The position numbers and the translations under genes were made by a program. A DNA stretch of 64,000 nt from Candidatus Bathyarchaeia archaeon (lineage in GTDB: Archaea; Thermoproteota; Bathyarchaeia; Bathyarchaeales; Bathycorpusculaceae). Location of the stretch: contig JBEKOM010000004.1 in assembly GCA_049521795.1 (NCBI GenBank), positions 64,001 through 128,000 on the forward strand, given 5' to 3'. This document shows positions 60,703-64,000 of this stretch, one piece after another. The notes under the pieces are model-generated. The model was not told where the DNA came from and searched no databases. It saw nothing but the letters and a program-made list of their open reading frames with translations. Within the stretch, counting starts at the first letter, position 1, and each line of letters begins with the position of its first letter.

Positions 60703-61399
60703 TAAAAACCACTTCTTCTTTTTTAATGGTGCGCGCGCATTCGATGATGCTCAAGCTTCCGGTTCTTCCCAGTCGCAGTTGCCTTTCGCCGCTGAACCAG
60801 GTTACTTTGCCGTTTTTGATGTCAACTACGTCGCCCTTGTGCACCATGCTGATCTGTTGGTTCCATAAACTCATTTTCATCGACCCAGTTTCGTCTTCGA
60901 TAACTGCGTTTGATATAGAAGCAGTCGTTCCATATCTCGTGTAGACGATTTTAGATTCTGGAATCTCAAGCACTTCTACTTTGAGGCTGACTTTTTTCAT
61001 TCCGACTTTCAAGTCACCAATCTTCGAGGTTACACCCTCCAAATTCTTGAATGAGGAACTTCTGGCCAAAATTGCTTCCGTGATGCTTCCGAGCTGATTC
61101 TCTCCTTGCAAGATGGCAATCGATATCGGAAATTGAGCTATAACCTTCCGCGAACGCTTCGGACCTTTGCTAAAAAGAAAGATCGCTGAATTCTTCGTCC
61201 TCTTACGACACTTTATAGCCAACTGCGCACATTCTGACCCGTCGTGATTCCAAGCTTCGACAATACGAGCGAAGAATTCACTCGAATCAACCTTATGCAG
61301 CAATCCGATTCTGGCAAGGCTCTCCAGAATCCTTCCATCCTTGTACGAAGGCCTGCTGCTAAGAGGCCTGCCTCTACCTCTCCAAATCTGCTTAGCCAT
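60689..61399 (-). CDS. OB-fold ssDNA-binding (RPA/SSB-like) protein with unknown N-terminal domain
   Basis: KIGDLKVG, DETGSMKMSLWN, GDVVDI.NG, LRLGR.G. Confidence 0.82.
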   Translation of the reverse strand: MAKQIWRGRGRPLSSRPSYKDGRILESLARIGLLHKVDSSEFFARIVEAWNHDGSECAQLAIKCRKRTKNSAIFLFSKGPKRSRKVIAQFPISIAILQGENQLGSITEAILARSSSFKNLEGVTSKIGDLKVGMKKVSLKVEVLEIPESKIVYTRYGTTASISNAVIEDETGSMKMSLWNQQISMVHKGDVVDIKNGKVTWFSGERQLRLGRTGSLSIIECARTIKKEEVVFNAED

Positions 61400-61690
61400 C
61401 TAACTTGTTTCCACTCTTGTTTTTTTCACTCGACAAATCCATCGCTAAAACAATAGATCTGCAATGTGCATCTCAATACTGTCAATACCACTTATATAGC
61501 TTAGCTGCTGGGCGTAACATTTTATGGTTATCGAAGTCGCCTGAGGTACGCTCTAGCGTTTGGCGCGTTCTAGCTGAGCAGTTCGATCCTTGCGCCCATT
61601 GCTTGTCCAAGCGCGCCTTCGTGGAATTTGGCTGTGACAACGCGCGCTAGATAAATCATACAATATTATCCCCTGCAGGGGGATCGAAAG

Positions 61691-63334
61691 CTATGCTTCT
61701 AAGCTGGAAAGGAGTTTCTTTATGCCTCGCATGCAATAGTAGCGCGCCGACACAAGAAGCAATGTTCCAACTGCCGCTGTCAAGACAATCGTCAACAAGG
61801 CCGACCCGGTTGGGCCGCCTCCAAACATGGTCAAGAACCCCGTGCCTTCGTACAGTATCAGAGGAGTTAGAGTCGCCACGGTTGCCAAGCCGCCTAATGC
61901 GAAGGCCATTATGAATCCTGTGAACGTGAGGTATCTTGCTCTTGGTCCCACGTTGAAGCTGGGATATCGTGAGCCTGTTCCGAGTCCCACATATCCTTGC
62001 ACTATCATGTTGAAGATTGCGGCAATCAACGTGGCCAGGAATATGCCCGCGGCAACAGGAGCCAGGAACTGCAGAAGTGAGGCGAGGGCCAAGATTGCAG
62101 CGCCTGAAAGAACCCATGGGAGAAAGAGTTTTCCAAGGACCAGTTCGTCAGCTGAGATGGGAAGCATGTAGATGTTGGCGATGGAGGTTCCTTCCTGTCC
62201 TATGCTGATGGAAGAGAGCATCATGGGCAGAATGAGGGATACTTCAGCGAGTAGCACCAAGCTTATGCCCGACACGCCGGCAGTCCTTGAGTTCGCGCCA
62301 CTTGTCAACACTGGGAGCAAGGAGGACACTACGAGCAACACGGGTATGGCGAGGAATCTTGCCATTTCTCTTCGTCTTGCAAGAGACCTTAACTCTTTCG
62401 AGGCTATGGCAAACGCCACTGGGTTTAGCCACAGGAATGATTTGCCTTGAGGAATGTAAGTTGTTGAAGTGGACACGGTGATGGTGACGGGTACGGGTGA
62501 CCAGTACTTGGCTCTTAGTTGAGTTGCGGCTTCGAAGATCAGGAAGGTGAATAAGAAGGAAAGCAGGGCAAAAACGGTTGCTCTTATTGCATCCGAAGTT
62601 AGGAAGGAAACGACGGCGGCCGAGGGCCAGATAAAGGGCACGAACCAGGCCAAGTTGACGCCCTGGACGATGCCTGAAAGGGCGATGTAAAGGATGTATG
62701 GGTTAAAGGCTATCTGCAACGCGACGAGCAGAACGATTACTAAAAGGATGCGGAGGATGATGCCTAGTCTTCCGCTCTTCTTGTAAAGCGTTGTGGAGAT
62801 GCGGTTCATCACGGACCTCAACACTTCCACTATAACTGCTCCCCAAACGTAGGCGACGATGGAGACCAAGATGAGGAACGGAACGACCGAGAGCATGCCG
62901 ATGTTCAGGGCAAGCGGTATGGTGACGCCTAGACCGATGAACAGGAGAGGCGAGTAGGTGAACAGGACCGAAACGCTTGACGCCACGACGTATTCTCCCG
63001 GAGACACTGGAAGCCAATTCACCGCTTCGCTTGAAGCAAGACCGCTGCCCTGCCCGAGTTCAAACAGTATTCCAGCCAAGGTGACGGCCGAAGTGAGAAT
63101 GACCGGGAGCACGATGAGGGACTGAACTGAAAGCGTATGAAGCGAACTCGTGAATTCAGACGGGACCTGAGGGAGAGCATACAGGAGCAGCGCGAACGGA
63201 GCGGCAAAGAGAGCTATGTCTATGGATAACAGAACTGCGGGGTTTGAGAGGCGGCTTCTGCGTCCAAAGCGGCTCGCTCTGAAGTAGGATTTGAAGAGAA
63301 CACTTGCGAGGCTGACGACCGTTGACCGGTTCAA
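61691..63334 (-). CDS. ABC transporter permease (multi-TM)
   Basis: Many TM helices, KELRSL.R, LP.S...LV.GK; follows the ABC ATPase. Confidence 0.85.
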   Translation of the reverse strand: MNRSTVVSLASVLFKSYFRASRFGRRSRLSNPAVLLSIDIALFAAPFALLLYALPQVPSEFTSSLHTLSVQSLIVLPVILTSAVTLAGILFELGQGSGLASSEAVNWLPVSPGEYVVASSVSVLFTYSPLLFIGLGVTIPLALNIGMLSVVPFLILVSIVAYVWGAVIVEVLRSVMNRISTTLYKKSGRLGIILRILLVIVLLVALQIAFNPYILYIALSGIVQGVNLAWFVPFIWPSAAVVSFLTSDAIRATVFALLSFLFTFLIFEAATQLRAKYWSPVPVTITVSTSTTYIPQGKSFLWLNPVAFAIASKELRSLARRREMARFLAIPVLLVVSSLLPVLTSGANSRTAGVSGISLVLLAEVSLILPMMLSSISIGQEGTSIANIYMLPISADELVLGKLFLPWVLSGAAILALASLLQFLAPVAAGIFLATLIAAIFNMIVQGYVGLGTGSRYPSFNVGPRARYLTFTGFIMAFALGGLATVATLTPLILYEGTGFLTMFGGGPTGSALLTIVLTAAVGTLLLVSARYYCMRGIKKLLSSLEA

Positions 63335-64000
63335 AGCTTCAGTGCCTCAACGATCTTCTCAGTGTCTTCGCTTCCGGTTAGCTTCAGGAAAGTGTCTTCC
63401 AACGTGGAGCCAGGCATACCAGCCTTTGACCTCAGTTCCTGCACCGTGCCCTCGGCGATAACGCTTCCCTCGTTCATGATAGTGATCGTGTTGCACATGG
63501 CCTCTGCAATTTCAAGAACGTGCGTGCTGAAGAGAATTGAGACGCCTTCGCCGGCTAGGCGCTGAAGGATGTCCTTAACGATCCTGGCTGACCTCGGGTC
63601 TAAACCGTTCAAAGCTTCATCCATTATGAGCACGCGTGGACGGTGAAGAAGAGCCGCTGTGATCGCTATTTTCTGTTTCATTCCTTGGGAGAAGCCGCTC
63701 ATGACGTCGTTGACTTGATTGCTCATCTGTAGCGCGTTGAGTAGCTCGTCAACCTTCTCTCGCCTGGTCTTCAGGTCGATGCCGTACGCTGTGCCTACGA
63801 AGTCTAAGTATTCTGAAGCCGTCAGGTATTCATAGAGATATGGCGATTCTGGAACGTAGCCTACGAGTCTTTTCGCTTCGATGGGTTGCCGGAGCACGTC
63901 TATGCCGCAGAGGCTGATCTTGCCTTGATCAGGCTTGACTATGCTCATGACCATCTTCATCGTCGTGCTCTTCCCCGACCCGTTGGGGCCTAGAAGGCCG
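63331..64000 (-). CDS. ABC transporter ATP-binding protein (5'-truncated by window edge)
   Basis: GPNGSGKST at window edge, FSQGMKQK, IMDE..NGLDP. Confidence 0.93.
   Translation of the reverse strand, partial: GLLGPNGSGKSTTMKMVMSIVKPDQGKISLCGIDVLRQPIEAKRLVGYVPESPYLYEYLTASEYLDFVGTAYGIDLKTRREKVDELLNALQMSNQVNDVMSGFSQGMKQKIAITAALLHRPRVLIMDEALNGLDPRSARIVKDILQRLAGEGVSILFSTHVLEIAEAMCNTITIMNEGSVIAEGTVQELRSKAGMPGSTLEDTFLKLTGSEDTEKIVEALKL

Overview
Archaeal chromosome segment, most consistent with Candidatus Bathyarchaeia (inferred from gene content, not from a database search). Positions 1-43.4 kb are mostly core genes: grpE-dnaK-dnaJ, ABC exporter, P-type ATPase, tRNA-Trp(CCA) with three inserts, a solitary 5S rRNA, map, trpS/pheS/pheT/tyrS, dnaG (apparently non-AUG start), a family B DNA polymerase with degenerate exonuclease motifs, AOR, pelota, TBP, a tRNA thiolase and adenylate kinase. 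The RNase P RNA gene (43386-43704) is followed directly by a tyrosine integrase whose catalytic Tyr appears replaced by His. Next comes an accessory tract of about 17 kb made of unrelated single-gene modules, gene fragments (including a probable Cas1-like C-terminus), a toxin-antitoxin pair, duplicated non-coding elements and unannotated basic micro-ORFs. Most module boundaries carry a short alternating-GC palindrome (core GCGCGC, often AGCGCGCT). The main hypothesis is a GCGCGC-delimited, cassette-like gene-shuffling array linked to a tyrosine recombinase. All calls were made by eye.
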